The notes under the pieces were generated by a model. The model did not search any database and was not told the DNA's origin. It was given only the letters and a program-made list of their open reading frames with translations. Below, piece by piece: positions 28,755 to 37,960 of a stretch of DNA of 64,000 nucleotides. Each line of letters starts with the position of its first letter. Within the stretch, counting starts at the first letter, position 1. Position numbers and translations under genes: made by a program. The stretch spans positions 1 to 64,000 of the forward strand of contig CBFGJX010000014.1 of the NCBI GenBank assembly GCA_965649225.1, in the 5' to 3' direction. The DNA comes from a candidate division WOR-3 bacterium. Lineage in GTDB: Bacteria; Hydrothermota; Tepidihabitantia; Tepidihabitantales; Tepidihabitantaceae.

Positions 28755-29336
28755 TCAGTCCTGCGCCGGGTCAAGCCGCCTGCGCTCCGCCCATTCCTCG
28801 CGCAGGATACCGTAAAGCACGATGTCGTGAAACTCGCCCCAGCGCTCGACGTGGCGGCGCTGCACCCCCTCGCGCGTCATCCCCAGCTTCTGCATCACGC
28901 GGCCCGAGGCGTCGTTGCCCGCGATGTGCGACGAGTAGACCCGCCTCAGGCCGAGCGTGGTGAAAGCGTAATCCAGCACCGCGCCGGCAGCCTCGGTGCA
29001 GTAACCGCGATTCCACCACTCCCGGCCGACCCACCAGCCGATGTCGGCACGGGCATGCCGCGCGCTGATGGCCGACAGACCGATCGAACCGACCAGCCGA
29101 CCGTCCCCGCGCTCGGTGATGGCGAACACGACCTCGGTGCCGTTGCGATACATTTCGGGGTGCGTGCGAATCCAGGCCTCGGCCGCGCCCGCGGGGTAGG
29201 GATGAGGTATGTCGAGGGTGTTGCGGGCGAAGACCGCCTCGCCGCACAGCTCGCGCACGCGCACACCGTCCGCGACCTCGAAGGGCCGCAAAGCGAGGCG
29301 CGCGGTGAAGAGCGTCGGCTGGGGCGGCTCAGGCAT
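28755..29336 (-). CDS. RimJ/RimL-type GNAT N-acetyltransferase
   Basis: TARLALRPF, WWNRGYCTEA, NDASGRVMQKLGMTREG. Confidence 0.92.
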   Translation of the reverse strand: MPEPPQPTLFTARLALRPFEVADGVRVRELCGEAVFARNTLDIPHPYPAGAAEAWIRTHPEMYRNGTEVVFAITERGDGRLVGSIGLSAISARHARADIGWWVGREWWNRGYCTEAAGAVLDYAFTTLGLRRVYSSHIAGNDASGRVMQKLGMTREGVQRRHVERWGEFHDIVLYGILREEWAERRRLDPAQD

Positions 29337-29377
29337 CGAGCGATGATAACCCCTGACCGACACCGGTCAATGCGCGG

Positions 29378-29959
29378 CTAGCGGCCGCACGCGCCGCCGT
29401 GCTTCTCGTAATAGCGCTGGTGATACTCCTCGGCGGGCCAGAACGTCTGGGCCGGCACAATCTCGGTGACCACCGGCCGGCGCAGGCGACCCGACCGCTC
29501 CAGCGCCGCCTTCGAGGCCAGTGCCGCAGCCAGCTGCTCCGGAGTGTGGTAGAAAATCGCCGAACGGTACTGACTGCCGATATCCGGGCCCTGGCGGTTG
29601 CGCTGGGTCGGGTCGTGAATCTTCCAGAAGACTTCCAGCAGTTGCTCATAGGAAACCACGGCCGGGTCAAACTCGATCAACACCGCCTCGGCATGACCGG
29701 TGCGGTCGGTACACACCTCGCGGTAGGTCGGGTTTTCGGTCTGGCCGCCGGTGTAACCGACCGTCGTATTGAGCACGCCCTTGACCTTCCGGAAATGCGC
29801 TTCGACACCCCAGAAACAACCGGCGGCAAAAGTTGCCTGTGCTTTCAAGCCACTCTCCTTTTCGGCGGCTGCGCCAGCAATTGATCGAGCCGCAGTGCCG
29901 CTGCCGCAGCCGCCGAAAAAGACTGCTGCGATCAACGCTGCCAGCGCTGGATTCCGCAT
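29378..29959 (-). CDS. msrA: Peptide methionine sulfoxide reductase A with lipoprotein signal
   Basis: GCFWGVE, GHAEAV, [24 protein letters not shown] lipobox. Confidence 0.95.
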   Translation of the reverse strand: MRNPALAALIAAVFFGGCGSGTAARSIAGAAAEKESGLKAQATFAAGCFWGVEAHFRKVKGVLNTTVGYTGGQTENPTYREVCTDRTGHAEAVLIEFDPAVVSYEQLLEVFWKIHDPTQRNRQGPDIGSQYRSAIFYHTPEQLAAALASKAALERSGRLRRPVVTEIVPAQTFWPAEEYHQRYYEKHGGACGR

Positions 29960-30069
29960 CCATTGTTTAGACCGGCAAAAAACCCGACTGATGCTGGATT
30001 GACACTGCGCCGGCAACAGCGAAAATGTCCCGTGCATAACGGCCCGGCATCCGGGCCGGGGAGGACAGT

Positions 30070-30411
30070 ATGAAAACCGGCCACTACACCGATGTTGCGC
30101 CCGAAAAGGCCACCATGCAGGGCGCCGAGGCCTGGATTCGCTGGCTGGTCACCAGCCGCGACGGCGCGCCCAACTTCGCCATGCGGGTAATCGAACTGCT
30201 CGACCGCGGCAACATCATCCCGCTCCACCGCCACCCCTACGAGCACGAGATTTTCATCATCGAAGGCCGTGGTCACGTCCGCTCTGCCGACGGCGAACAC
30301 GCGGTCGGCGTCGGCGACTTCATCTACGTTGCCCCCGACGAAGAACACGGCTTTGAAAACACCGGCAACACGCCGTTCCGCTTTATCTGTGTGATACCCA
30401 ACCCGAAATAG
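30070..30411 (+). CDS. Cupin domain protein
   Basis: [15 protein letters not shown] and EEHGFEN motifs; GGAGG RBS. Confidence 0.92.
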   Translation: MKTGHYTDVAPEKATMQGAEAWIRWLVTSRDGAPNFAMRVIELLDRGNIIPLHRHPYEHEIFIIEGRGHVRSADGEHAVGVGDFIYVAPDEEHGFENTGNTPFRFICVIPNPK

Positions 30412-30441
30412 CCGCCCTGCCGTCTGACCGGGCTGGACCGC

Positions 30442-31206
30442 TCAGTAGCGGTGGGCGCCCCACTTCAAAAGATTGATGCCGACGAAAGTGAAAAGCATCA
30501 GCCCGAAGGCCAGTCCGAAACTCAGAAGATTCCGCCCGCGGCCCGGGCGCAGATGGGCATAGCCGACCAGCACCGCCCAGGTCAAAAGCGCCCACGACTC
30601 CTTCGGGTCCCAGTTCCAGTAGCGGCCCCACGAAATGTCGGCCCACAGTGCGCCGGTGAGAATCCCGCTGCCCAGCAGCAGTGCCGCCAGCAGCGCCACC
30701 CGCCGCAGAGCCTCACCGTCGTCGTCGAGCCGCCGGTCAAACAGCGCGGCTGCCGACCAGCCCAGACCAACCGCAAGTAACCCGTACCCGGCAAAGGCCA
30801 GCACGATATGCACCGCAAACCACGCTGAATCCAGAATCGGATTCAGTCCGCCGCCCGGATTCCAGCCGACTGCCAGCACCGCAACCCCAAGCACTGCCAC
30901 ACTCAGACTATCCCACACCGCCTTGGCTGAATCGCGCGGCCGCCACAGATAGACCTTCAGACCGGCCCAGTGAATCGCCAGCGCGAAAAACGCCATCGCC
31001 TCGAAACGCGAAGCAAAAGGCAGAAACCCGACGCGGACCGCCCGGACAACGACAAAACCCAGTTGCAGGAGAATTGCCAGCCCCGACACCAGCACCGGCA
31101 GGAAACTGCGGCCCACCGCCCCGCGTGCCCGGCGCACAAGCGCCACGACTACCGCCACGCCATAGCCGGCCAGCGCGGCATACAACAGACCAAGCTCCAG
31201 CCTCAT
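30442..31206 (-). CDS. ccsA: Cytochrome c biogenesis protein CcsA/ResC (system II)
   Basis: WWD domain GALWADISWGRYWNWDPKESWAL; conserved His residues. Confidence 0.9.
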   Translation of the reverse strand: MRLELGLLYAALAGYGVAVVVALVRRARGAVGRSFLPVLVSGLAILLQLGFVVVRAVRVGFLPFASRFEAMAFFALAIHWAGLKVYLWRPRDSAKAVWDSLSVAVLGVAVLAVGWNPGGGLNPILDSAWFAVHIVLAFAGYGLLAVGLGWSAAALFDRRLDDDGEALRRVALLAALLLGSGILTGALWADISWGRYWNWDPKESWALLTWAVLVGYAHLRPGRGRNLLSFGLAFGLMLFTFVGINLLKWGAHRY

Positions 31207-32075
31207 CCCCGCCTCCGGCGCCACACCGAAAGCAACATCCCCAGCAGCGTCAAGCCGAACCCGCCAAACACCAGTGGCCGCAGCCGGCTGTCGCGCACCA
31301 CAAACGCCGCTCCCCTCGCCCGGGCAACCGAAAAACCCGCCACCGCTACCCGGCTTGGCCCCAACTGCCGCTCCTCGCCCGGCCGCAGCCAGGCAGTATC
31401 ACCGCCGGCCCGCAGACCCAGCGTTCCCTCCTCCGGATCAACCGCAAAACTCGCCAGCTGCCGGCCATCGGCCAGCCGCACGCGCTGCCCGTGCACCAGC
31501 AGATAGGTATCGCCATCAACGCTCAGCTCATACTCCCGCAGAAACCCGGACTCGACCACCCCGGCGAAAACCAGCTCCCGGCCGTCAATCCGCAGCGGCC
31601 GGTTATAGCCTACCGCCTGCGCAATCCCTCTCCCCGCCACTGAAACATAAGCCACCGGTGCCGGCTGGAAACCACGCCGGCGCCGCACTCCCAGCGAATC
31701 CAGCGCCACCGGCCGGGCCAGCGCTGCCAGCCGCTCAAACCCGCGCTCCAGATAAGCATCGGCCGTGCCGCCCCCGGCCTCCAGCAACAGAAACCCCGAC
31801 CGCGACCACAACTCATTCGCCGCCGCGCCGGCAATCCCCAGCGCCAGCCCCAGATGCACCAGCCCAGAGGCAACACTGCGCCCGCGCCGCCGCAGCAGCG
31901 CTCTCAACCCCACCCACAGACCAGCCAGACCGACAACTGCTCCGGCCGCCAGAAACGGCACCGACCCGGCCAGTCGGCTCACGCGTTCCTGACCAAAAAG
32001 ACTCGCCCAGGCAGCCACGCCCGCCAGCACCACAACCGCCAGCGGCCCCAGCCGGCTCAGCCACCGGCTCAACAT
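31203..32075 (-). CDS. Divergent ResB/Ccs1-like cytochrome c biogenesis protein
   Basis: TMs with LVHLG, VGYNRPL, C-terminal TM; overlaps the ccsA start. Confidence 0.65.
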   Translation of the reverse strand: MLSRWLSRLGPLAVVVLAGVAAWASLFGQERVSRLAGSVPFLAAGAVVGLAGLWVGLRALLRRRGRSVASGLVHLGLALGIAGAAANELWSRSGFLLLEAGGGTADAYLERGFERLAALARPVALDSLGVRRRRGFQPAPVAYVSVAGRGIAQAVGYNRPLRIDGRELVFAGVVESGFLREYELSVDGDTYLLVHGQRVRLADGRQLASFAVDPEEGTLGLRAGGDTAWLRPGEERQLGPSRVAVAGFSVARARGAAFVVRDSRLRPLVFGGFGLTLLGMLLSVWRRRRG

Positions 32076-32283
32076 TGCGCACCACCAGCGGCGGGGCAGC
32101 ACCGGCATCCTGCCCGGCCGATTACCAGAACATCAGCCACACTAATCACAATCACTCTTGCCAATACGCCACAGACTACACCAGCCGCCAGAACCGTCAA
32201 GCCGGCTCCAGCCCGGCCCGACAACCAGCACCGTAATCTCCAGCCCGACAACCCGTTCACAACAACTCCTGCCTCGACTCACA

Positions 32284-32414
32284 CCGCCTCCGGAACGGGG
32301 GAGTCTTTTTGCCGCCCAATACATCGCCGCCGCCGTAACCATCTGTCCTGCCGTCGCCTGCACCGCCGGTCCCGTCCCCTGCCTAAACCATCTGCACTAT
32401 AACCAGAATTATAG
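32284..32414. repeat. Copy 2 of the ~130-bp conserved non-coding element
   Basis: CGGGGGAGTC-N15-ACATCGC-N7-GTAAC-N4-TGTCNTGC-N45-CTATAA-N6-TTATAG, same spacing as 1507-1625. Confidence 0.7.
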
Positions 32415-32457
32415 CCTCCCTCTTCCGCCGCCTCGCCCCAACCCAGCCCCAGTCGCT

Positions 32458-32486
32458 TGACTCACCATTACCGCTCCACTATTCTG
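32458..32486 (+). promoter_or_regulatory. Putative sigma70 promoter facing the defence island
   Basis: TTGACT-N17-TATTCT. Confidence 0.5.
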
Positions 32487-32493
32487 GCGGCTG

Positions 32494-32598
32494 ATGCGAC
32501 AGGGAATCGGCGAAGCGGCGCAGGCCGCAGCCTTCGCAGAAGAAGGCGGCTTCACCGAACGGCTGTATCGGACGCGCCAAGCGCGACGCCGTGGGTGA
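32494..32598 (+). pseudogene. Remnant C-terminus of a four-helix-bundle-suffix-domain protein
   Basis: Translates to ...FAEEGGFTERLYRTRQARRRG*, the typical end of that family. Confidence 0.5.
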
Positions 32599-32639
32599 TA
32601 CGCGTGAATGTCAGTTGCAGGAAGCGAGGAATGTAGTCA

Positions 32640-32735
32640 ATGAGTGAAATCAAGCTGTTTCGCATCAGCGGCCAGAAGGCGACCGTAGCCCGGCCCGCTG
32701 AGATAGACCAGCTGTCTGCGGCGCTCTTTCGTTAG
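32640..32735 (+). pseudogene. Truncated N-terminus of a DUF5655/NucS-like endonuclease
   Basis: MSEIKLFRISG start with GAGGA RBS, stops after 31 aa. Confidence 0.5.
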
Positions 32736-32755
32736 GCGTTTGGTAGGGGCCCGCA

Positions 32756-33667
32756 ATGAGCTCAATGACTGCTGGCAAGCGTGCCGCTGTGGAAAGGAAC
32801 ATCTTCCCGCTCTCGCGACTGGCGGTCGAGCCTTGGGACGAGTTCCGCTGGCACCCCAGCGCGGCCAAGTGCGATACTGACGAGAAGCACTCGTCTCAGG
32901 CTCTGGCCATAGACGTCTTTGGCTACTTGAAGCTCATGGATCAGACAGGGCGCAACTGCGTGCTGAACAGCTTGGCACGTCGCTTAGGACTACCCGATGG
33001 CAATGACTGGGATGTAGTGCTTGAGTGGACGGACGAACTCAATCGGATGCAGGAGCCGCGCCAGTCTCAGATTGACGCAGTGGCGCGAAGCGCAGGGTCG
33101 CTGGTCTTCTTCGAGTCCAAGTTCAATGAGCCTGACGGAGGTCCGTGCAGCCAGACGAAGCCGCTGCGGAGTAGGAAGCACAAAGGTAAGGTGCAGTGCA
33201 ATGGCTCCTACCTATTGCAGACCAATCCTGTCAACGGCCGCAGAAGTCGGTGTGCCTTGTCAGGCAAGAACATCCTCTACTGGGAGGTGATCCCTGCCGT
33301 TTTCGAGTACTCGAGCAGCGCGGACTACGATAGGTGTCCATTCGCAGGGCCCTGGTACCAGTGGATGAGGAACATGACGGTCGCCTATCAGGTGGCCAAG
33401 TACGAGGAGAAGAAGGCGGGCTTCATAGTAGTCTACGTCGATGACCGTAGGCTGCGGTTTGCCAGAAAGGTCGCTCGGGGGGAGTGGTCTGCGTTCTCCG
33501 CACGCGTGAGGCAAAAAGCCATTCCAGTCAAAGCCATCAGCTACCAGCAGTTCCTGCGTGATGGGCTGCGCGCCCTGCCCCGTGATTCTGGTGTTGCGAC
33601 CGACTGGCTGTCGCTGGAGATTTGGGTGAAGGCGAAGATCGAAGCGGCACTGGCGGGAAAACGGTAG
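32756..33667 (+). CDS. PGN_0703-family putative restriction endonuclease (PD-(D/E)XK)
   Basis: HSSQALAIDVFG, SQIDAV...FESKFNE, Cys motifs, YQWMRN. Confidence 0.75.
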   Translation: MSSMTAGKRAAVERNIFPLSRLAVEPWDEFRWHPSAAKCDTDEKHSSQALAIDVFGYLKLMDQTGRNCVLNSLARRLGLPDGNDWDVVLEWTDELNRMQEPRQSQIDAVARSAGSLVFFESKFNEPDGGPCSQTKPLRSRKHKGKVQCNGSYLLQTNPVNGRRSRCALSGKNILYWEVIPAVFEYSSSADYDRCPFAGPWYQWMRNMTVAYQVAKYEEKKAGFIVVYVDDRRLRFARKVARGEWSAFSARVRQKAIPVKAISYQQFLRDGLRALPRDSGVATDWLSLEIWVKAKIEAALAGKR

Positions 33668-33737
33668 GTCTTGGCGGTGGTTACTGGCACCAGCAGGCGA
33701 CTGGAATCCGTCAGCCCGCCAACTCCATAGTGAAGTC

Positions 33738-33968
33738 ATGAACGGTCTCTTGGTCCGAGTCGGTATTGACCAGACGGCGGGATGGTGGAACAGCCCGGTG
33801 GACCCGGAAACCGGCAGGTTCTTCTACGTCCCAATACAGGACGAGGATGAGCCCCGGCGGCCCGGGTTGATTCCCCGCTTCGACAGCCTGCGCAAGTCGC
33901 TGGCGAAGTTCGGGGTCGAAATGCCCGCGCGCCTGCGCGGGATGCGGTACGAGGTGCAGATACTGTAA
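33738..33968 (+). pseudogene. Truncated Nmad3-like (nucleotide modification associated) protein
   Basis: LLVRVGID...SPV....F.YVPI N-terminus; ends before the expected HxDP motif at a GC shift. Confidence 0.55.
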
Positions 33969-34080
33969 CTGCAGCATAACTCGGCACCGACAACTACGCA
34001 GAGAACCGGCTCCAGCAGCTTGACTTCTCTAGTACCAAACATATATTCGCCAGCGATGGTGAAATGTCTGCCAAAGCGGA

Positions 34081-35451
34081 ATGGCCCTCCTGGTGGAAAG
34101 ACTCCCTAGTGTGAAGACCAAGAATAAAGCGCGCAGCAGGCAATCAACCAAACGCGCCCCTCTGCATTCTTCTGCAACCCACGAGCGTTCTGACGACAGG
34201 CGCACCAGCTACGCCGTGGTAGAACCAGAAGAAAACGGCCATAAGTTGCTTGCCAAGGACGCTCGGCTTGGCTACTACTCCGTATACGACAGTCCGCCGT
34301 TTACCGATTTTGCCAGCGTAACCCCCGACACTGCGCTAACGGCCCTTAACCTGAACTGGCGGGAACGCGATTTGCCAGAACGTGTTCGAACCAAGCATGT
34401 CCACCGGCTCCATCCATACCTCGGCAAGTTCATACCACAACTGGTTGAGATATTTCTGCGCAAGTATGTCCCTAAGCGCGTATATGATCCATTTTGTGGG
34501 TCTGGGACAACCCTCGTTGAGGCATCCGTTCTTGGAATAGACTCTGTCGGCTGCGACATTTCCCCTTTTAATTGTCTCCTTACTAGAGTAAAGACTGCGC
34601 GCTACAACATCGCCGACGTGGAACGCGACATCAGTTCCATCCTGAAGAAATTCGGCGAGCTGGTTCACGTCAGTCCATGGCCGACAATGTTTGGCGACCA
34701 CGGAATTAGAACCACAGAAAACGAATACCTAGCAAAGTGGTACCACCCAAAGGCGCTCTCTGAGCTGCTCACTTTTCGCGACCTGATTCCACAATATGAA
34801 CATCAAGACCTCCTGAAGGTCATCCTTAGTCGCGCAGCCCGGTCGGCGAGACAAACAACGCACTTTGATCTTGACTTCCCCAAACGCCCACAAACAAAAC
34901 CCTACTACTGTTACAAGCATGGTCGAACCTGTTACCCCACAACAAGCGCATACAAGTTCATCGTGCGTTACTGCCTAGACACTCTTACACGTGTCCGGGA
35001 GTACGCCCGACTGAGAAGCAACGCAAGCGTTACGGTGTTCCACGACGATGCCCGCCACGTCGAGCTCCCAAAAGTTGACATGGTAATGACATCTCCTCCC
35101 TACGTTGGGCTGATCGACTACCACGAGCAGCACCGTTATGCATACGAACTACTCGGCCTCTGTCGTGCCGCTGAATCGCAAGAGATAGGCCCGGCGAGAA
35201 AAGGTTCCTCTCGGGACGCAAGACTCGAATACGTGAAGGGAATCACTGACGTCTTCCGCCATACTATGAAATATCTGACAAAGAACGGCATTATGGTTAT
35301 TGTTGTGGGAGACCGGCACGGCCTCTATGGCGAAATTGCTGAACATCTCGGGGTACGCGTGGAGCACATCCTACACAGGCATGTTAACCGAAGAACGGGC
35401 AGGCGTAACACTGATTTCTTCGAACAAGTGCTTGTGTGGCGAAAAGAGTAA
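34081..35451 (+). CDS. DNA amino-methyltransferase, probably N4-cytosine, of a type II R-M system
   Basis: HPYLGKFIPQL, DPFCGSGTT (motif I), TSPPY (motif IV); lower GC; start uncertain. Confidence 0.9.
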   Translation: MALLVERLPSVKTKNKARSRQSTKRAPLHSSATHERSDDRRTSYAVVEPEENGHKLLAKDARLGYYSVYDSPPFTDFASVTPDTALTALNLNWRERDLPERVRTKHVHRLHPYLGKFIPQLVEIFLRKYVPKRVYDPFCGSGTTLVEASVLGIDSVGCDISPFNCLLTRVKTARYNIADVERDISSILKKFGELVHVSPWPTMFGDHGIRTTENEYLAKWYHPKALSELLTFRDLIPQYEHQDLLKVILSRAARSARQTTHFDLDFPKRPQTKPYYCYKHGRTCYPTTSAYKFIVRYCLDTLTRVREYARLRSNASVTVFHDDARHVELPKVDMVMTSPPYVGLIDYHEQHRYAYELLGLCRAAESQEIGPARKGSSRDARLEYVKGITDVFRHTMKYLTKNGIMVIVVGDRHGLYGEIAEHLGVRVEHILHRHVNRRTGRRNTDFFEQVLVWRKE

Positions 35452-36269
35452 GGCGGGTAACAGTGATAACAGCTGATACGCGACAGAAAATCAAGGGCCA
35501 TCTTGAGGGCTTTATTCAGGGTCTGATAGAACAGACCAAGCCCTGTGCAAATCCTAAGCAGGCCAGGAAGACAGCCGTTTTCTCGGCAGAAGGCGAAGTG
35601 AAACCGTTCCATGAAGCAATCCTGCCAGCCGGAATCATCGCTGTGGCCGAATTTGAGCGGTCATTTTCAACTAAGCTGGGGTCAACGTTCGAAGAAGCCG
35701 CTCGACTGATTGCTACTCAGAACGGAGCCTTAGCAGTCCGGCAGTACCATCTTTCTGGAAGGGTTACGGCAGCAGCAGTCCGCGAGATAGAACGTCTCTC
35801 CAAGAGTGTAGACGAGGGCGGCTTGTCCGACTCATATCTGGCAGCAGTGACACAAGTGACTAAGGCAACCGGAGAAGAAACCACCAGAAAAGTCATGCTG
35901 GATCTTTACATCAAGACACCCGATGGTGCAGAGACATTCTTCGAAATCAAGAGCCCGAAACCTAATAAGGGACAGTGTCTAGAAGTCGTAAGCCGTCTGC
36001 TGCATGTGCATGCTATTAAGCGAGCTGGGCCGCCGAAAGTACGTACCTATCTCGCAATGGCATATAATCCCTTCGGCGACGAGAGAATATCATACAGCCA
36101 TTCGTTTACTTTGAAGTATCTGGACTTCGAGCATATGGTCCTCGTCGGGCGTGAGTTCTGGGAATACATCGGTGGCCAAGGCACCTATGAGGAAGTTCTG
36201 GCTATCTACCGTGAGGTAGGCAAGGAAAAGGGGCCGGATCTGGTGGACCAGCTTGCTCTGGGTTACTAG
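35436..36269 (+). CDS. Type II restriction endonuclease, TdeIII/MjaII family
   Basis: ERSFSTKLGSTFE, DL...EIKSPKPNKGQ, AYNPFG, EFWEYIGG; overlaps the MTase stop. Confidence 0.85.
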   Translation: MAKRVRRVTVITADTRQKIKGHLEGFIQGLIEQTKPCANPKQARKTAVFSAEGEVKPFHEAILPAGIIAVAEFERSFSTKLGSTFEEAARLIATQNGALAVRQYHLSGRVTAAAVREIERLSKSVDEGGLSDSYLAAVTQVTKATGEETTRKVMLDLYIKTPDGAETFFEIKSPKPNKGQCLEVVSRLLHVHAIKRAGPPKVRTYLAMAYNPFGDERISYSHSFTLKYLDFEHMVLVGREFWEYIGGQGTYEEVLAIYREVGKEKGPDLVDQLALGY

Positions 36270-36373
36270 TCAGATCAAATGGCTTTGATTGTTGCTTGCT
36301 TGGACGGACGCCGGGAACACGCTCAACCGTGCTCTTTCCCCCCAATCTGCATTAATATCGCTGGCCCAAAAAG

Positions 36374-36748
36374 ATGAACCGGGAACTGCTGGTTGAGGTC
36401 TTCGACCGCACCAGCGGCCATTGCCACTTCTGCGGGGACAAGCTGGTGTTTGACAACTACGGCCGTACGACGAAGCCGTATGTTCCGGGCTCCTGGGAAC
36501 TCGACCACGTCATCCAGCGGAAGAAGGGCGGCGCGAGCAGGGCCGAAAACTACCTGCCCGCCTGCGGCAAGTGCAATCACCTGCGCTGGCACCGAGGCGG
36601 GGACGAACTGCGCGAGCTGATATGGCTCGGTCTTGTTGCCAGGGGCGAGATCAAGAAGAAGACGGCGCTGGGCCAAGCGTCGGAGAAAGCAAGCGCCAAG
36701 AGGAAGGCACAGAACCGCAAGCGGCGGAGGAAATCAGGCGGGGACTGA
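36374..36748 (+). CDS. HNH endonuclease
   Basis: CHFCG...DHVIQRKKGG....NYLPACGKCN. Confidence 0.9.
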   Translation: MNRELLVEVFDRTSGHCHFCGDKLVFDNYGRTTKPYVPGSWELDHVIQRKKGGASRAENYLPACGKCNHLRWHRGGDELRELIWLGLVARGEIKKKTALGQASEKASAKRKAQNRKRRRKSGGD

Positions 36749-36821
36749 TACAGCACATTCTCACGGTGCACGGTGAGCGTCAACTGGCCGCGACCGATGG
36801 GCGACGATGGGAGGTAGCAGT

Positions 36822-37319
36822 ATGAAGTCAGACACAATCAAACAGCTGCAGGCGGACCGGCGGATTGTGGCCGAGTGCCCGGACACGGGCGAGACGTTCT
36901 CGCTGGCCGATGCGGTGATGTTCTACGTCGGCGACCCCTTGCCCGAGCAGGCACAGCAGTGGGTGGATGAGTTCAAGGCCGAACTGGCCGAGCGGCGCCG
37001 GGCCCTGGCCGAGAGCCGGCGCAGGCTGAAGCAGCGGTCCGAAGTCGGCGCGAAGGCGGTCGGGGTCGGCAAGATTCTCGAGCACGTGGTGCCGGCGATG
37101 AAGGGGTTCGAGCTGGACTGCCGGGATGCGCGGGCGCTGTTTCAGCCGATAGACTACATCCTGTTCAACGGGCTGACCGCGCGCGACGGTGAGATTGATT
37201 CGCTGGTGTTTCTCGACGTGAAGACCGGCAAGGCCGGGCTGCAGCAGTCCCAGAAGCAAACCAAGGAAGCGGTCGAGGCGGGCAGGGTCGCGCTGGCGCG
37301 CTACGGAGGTGAACTGTGA
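36822..37319 (+). CDS. Holliday-junction-resolvase-like endonuclease (Endonuc_Holl type)
   Basis: GKILEHVVP, PIDYILFNGL, FLDVKTG...Q...V..GRV; GGAGG RBS. Confidence 0.8.
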   Translation: MKSDTIKQLQADRRIVAECPDTGETFSLADAVMFYVGDPLPEQAQQWVDEFKAELAERRRALAESRRRLKQRSEVGAKAVGVGKILEHVVPAMKGFELDCRDARALFQPIDYILFNGLTARDGEIDSLVFLDVKTGKAGLQQSQKQTKEAVEAGRVALARYGGEL

Positions 37320-37834
37320 AGGCGCCGATCGTCGCGGCGTTTCAGGATTTCCAGCGGATAATGGTCGTCTGCCCGAAGTGTGGCGGCATCCACCTGCTGA
37401 GCGAGCTGAAGCTGTCGTACGGAGCGAAGGCCAGGCCGACCTGGCTGGATGCACTGCGCCGGGAAGAAAAGAAAATTGAAGCTGCCGAGGAACGTTTCGA
37501 GGAACAGAGGACCGAGCTACAGGAAGCGGCGCGCGAAAAGGGCCGCCGGCAGTTACCGGCGCTTTTGAAGAAGTCCGTGCCGGAAGCGTGCCGGCTGGGT
37601 TATTACCCGCAGGATATGAAGGCGATGTTCGACCCGGTGGATTTTGTCGTGTTCGACGGAATGAGTCTGAAAGGACAGGTGCGTCGGGTCGTGCTGCTGG
37701 ACGGGCCGCCGAAGAACCGCCGGCGCGAGCGGGTGCAGCGTTCGCTGGCGAAGGTGCTGAAAAAGGGCAACTACGAGTGGCGCACCGTGCGGCTGGGCGA
37801 GGACGGCCGCATCGTCGAGCAGAAAAAAGACTGA
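37316..37834 (+). CDS. Second Endonuc_Holl-like protein with CxxC and degenerate catalytic motif
   Basis: CPKCG, coiled coil, FDPVDFVVFDGM, LLDGPP in place of EVKTG; GTGA overlap with the previous gene. Confidence 0.7.
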   Translation: MKAPIVAAFQDFQRIMVVCPKCGGIHLLSELKLSYGAKARPTWLDALRREEKKIEAAEERFEEQRTELQEAAREKGRRQLPALLKKSVPEACRLGYYPQDMKAMFDPVDFVVFDGMSLKGQVRRVVLLDGPPKNRRRERVQRSLAKVLKKGNYEWRTVRLGEDGRIVEQKKD

Positions 37835-37960
37835 CCCGCGGGCATCTCTCCGTTCCTGCACCCGGCCCAGCACCGACCAGCCACCGTTGACACCCGCTCG
37901 CTCAGCCCGGAGAATAGAGCGGTGGCGGCATCGGCCCGCCGCACAAACAGGAGCATTGTC

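Noticed and set aside
32069..32363. Short minus-strand ORFs with faint DedA/YqaA-like wording (TAGQMVTAAAMYWAAKR)
   Set aside because: They overlap the conserved non-coding element, have no RBS and inconsistent frames.
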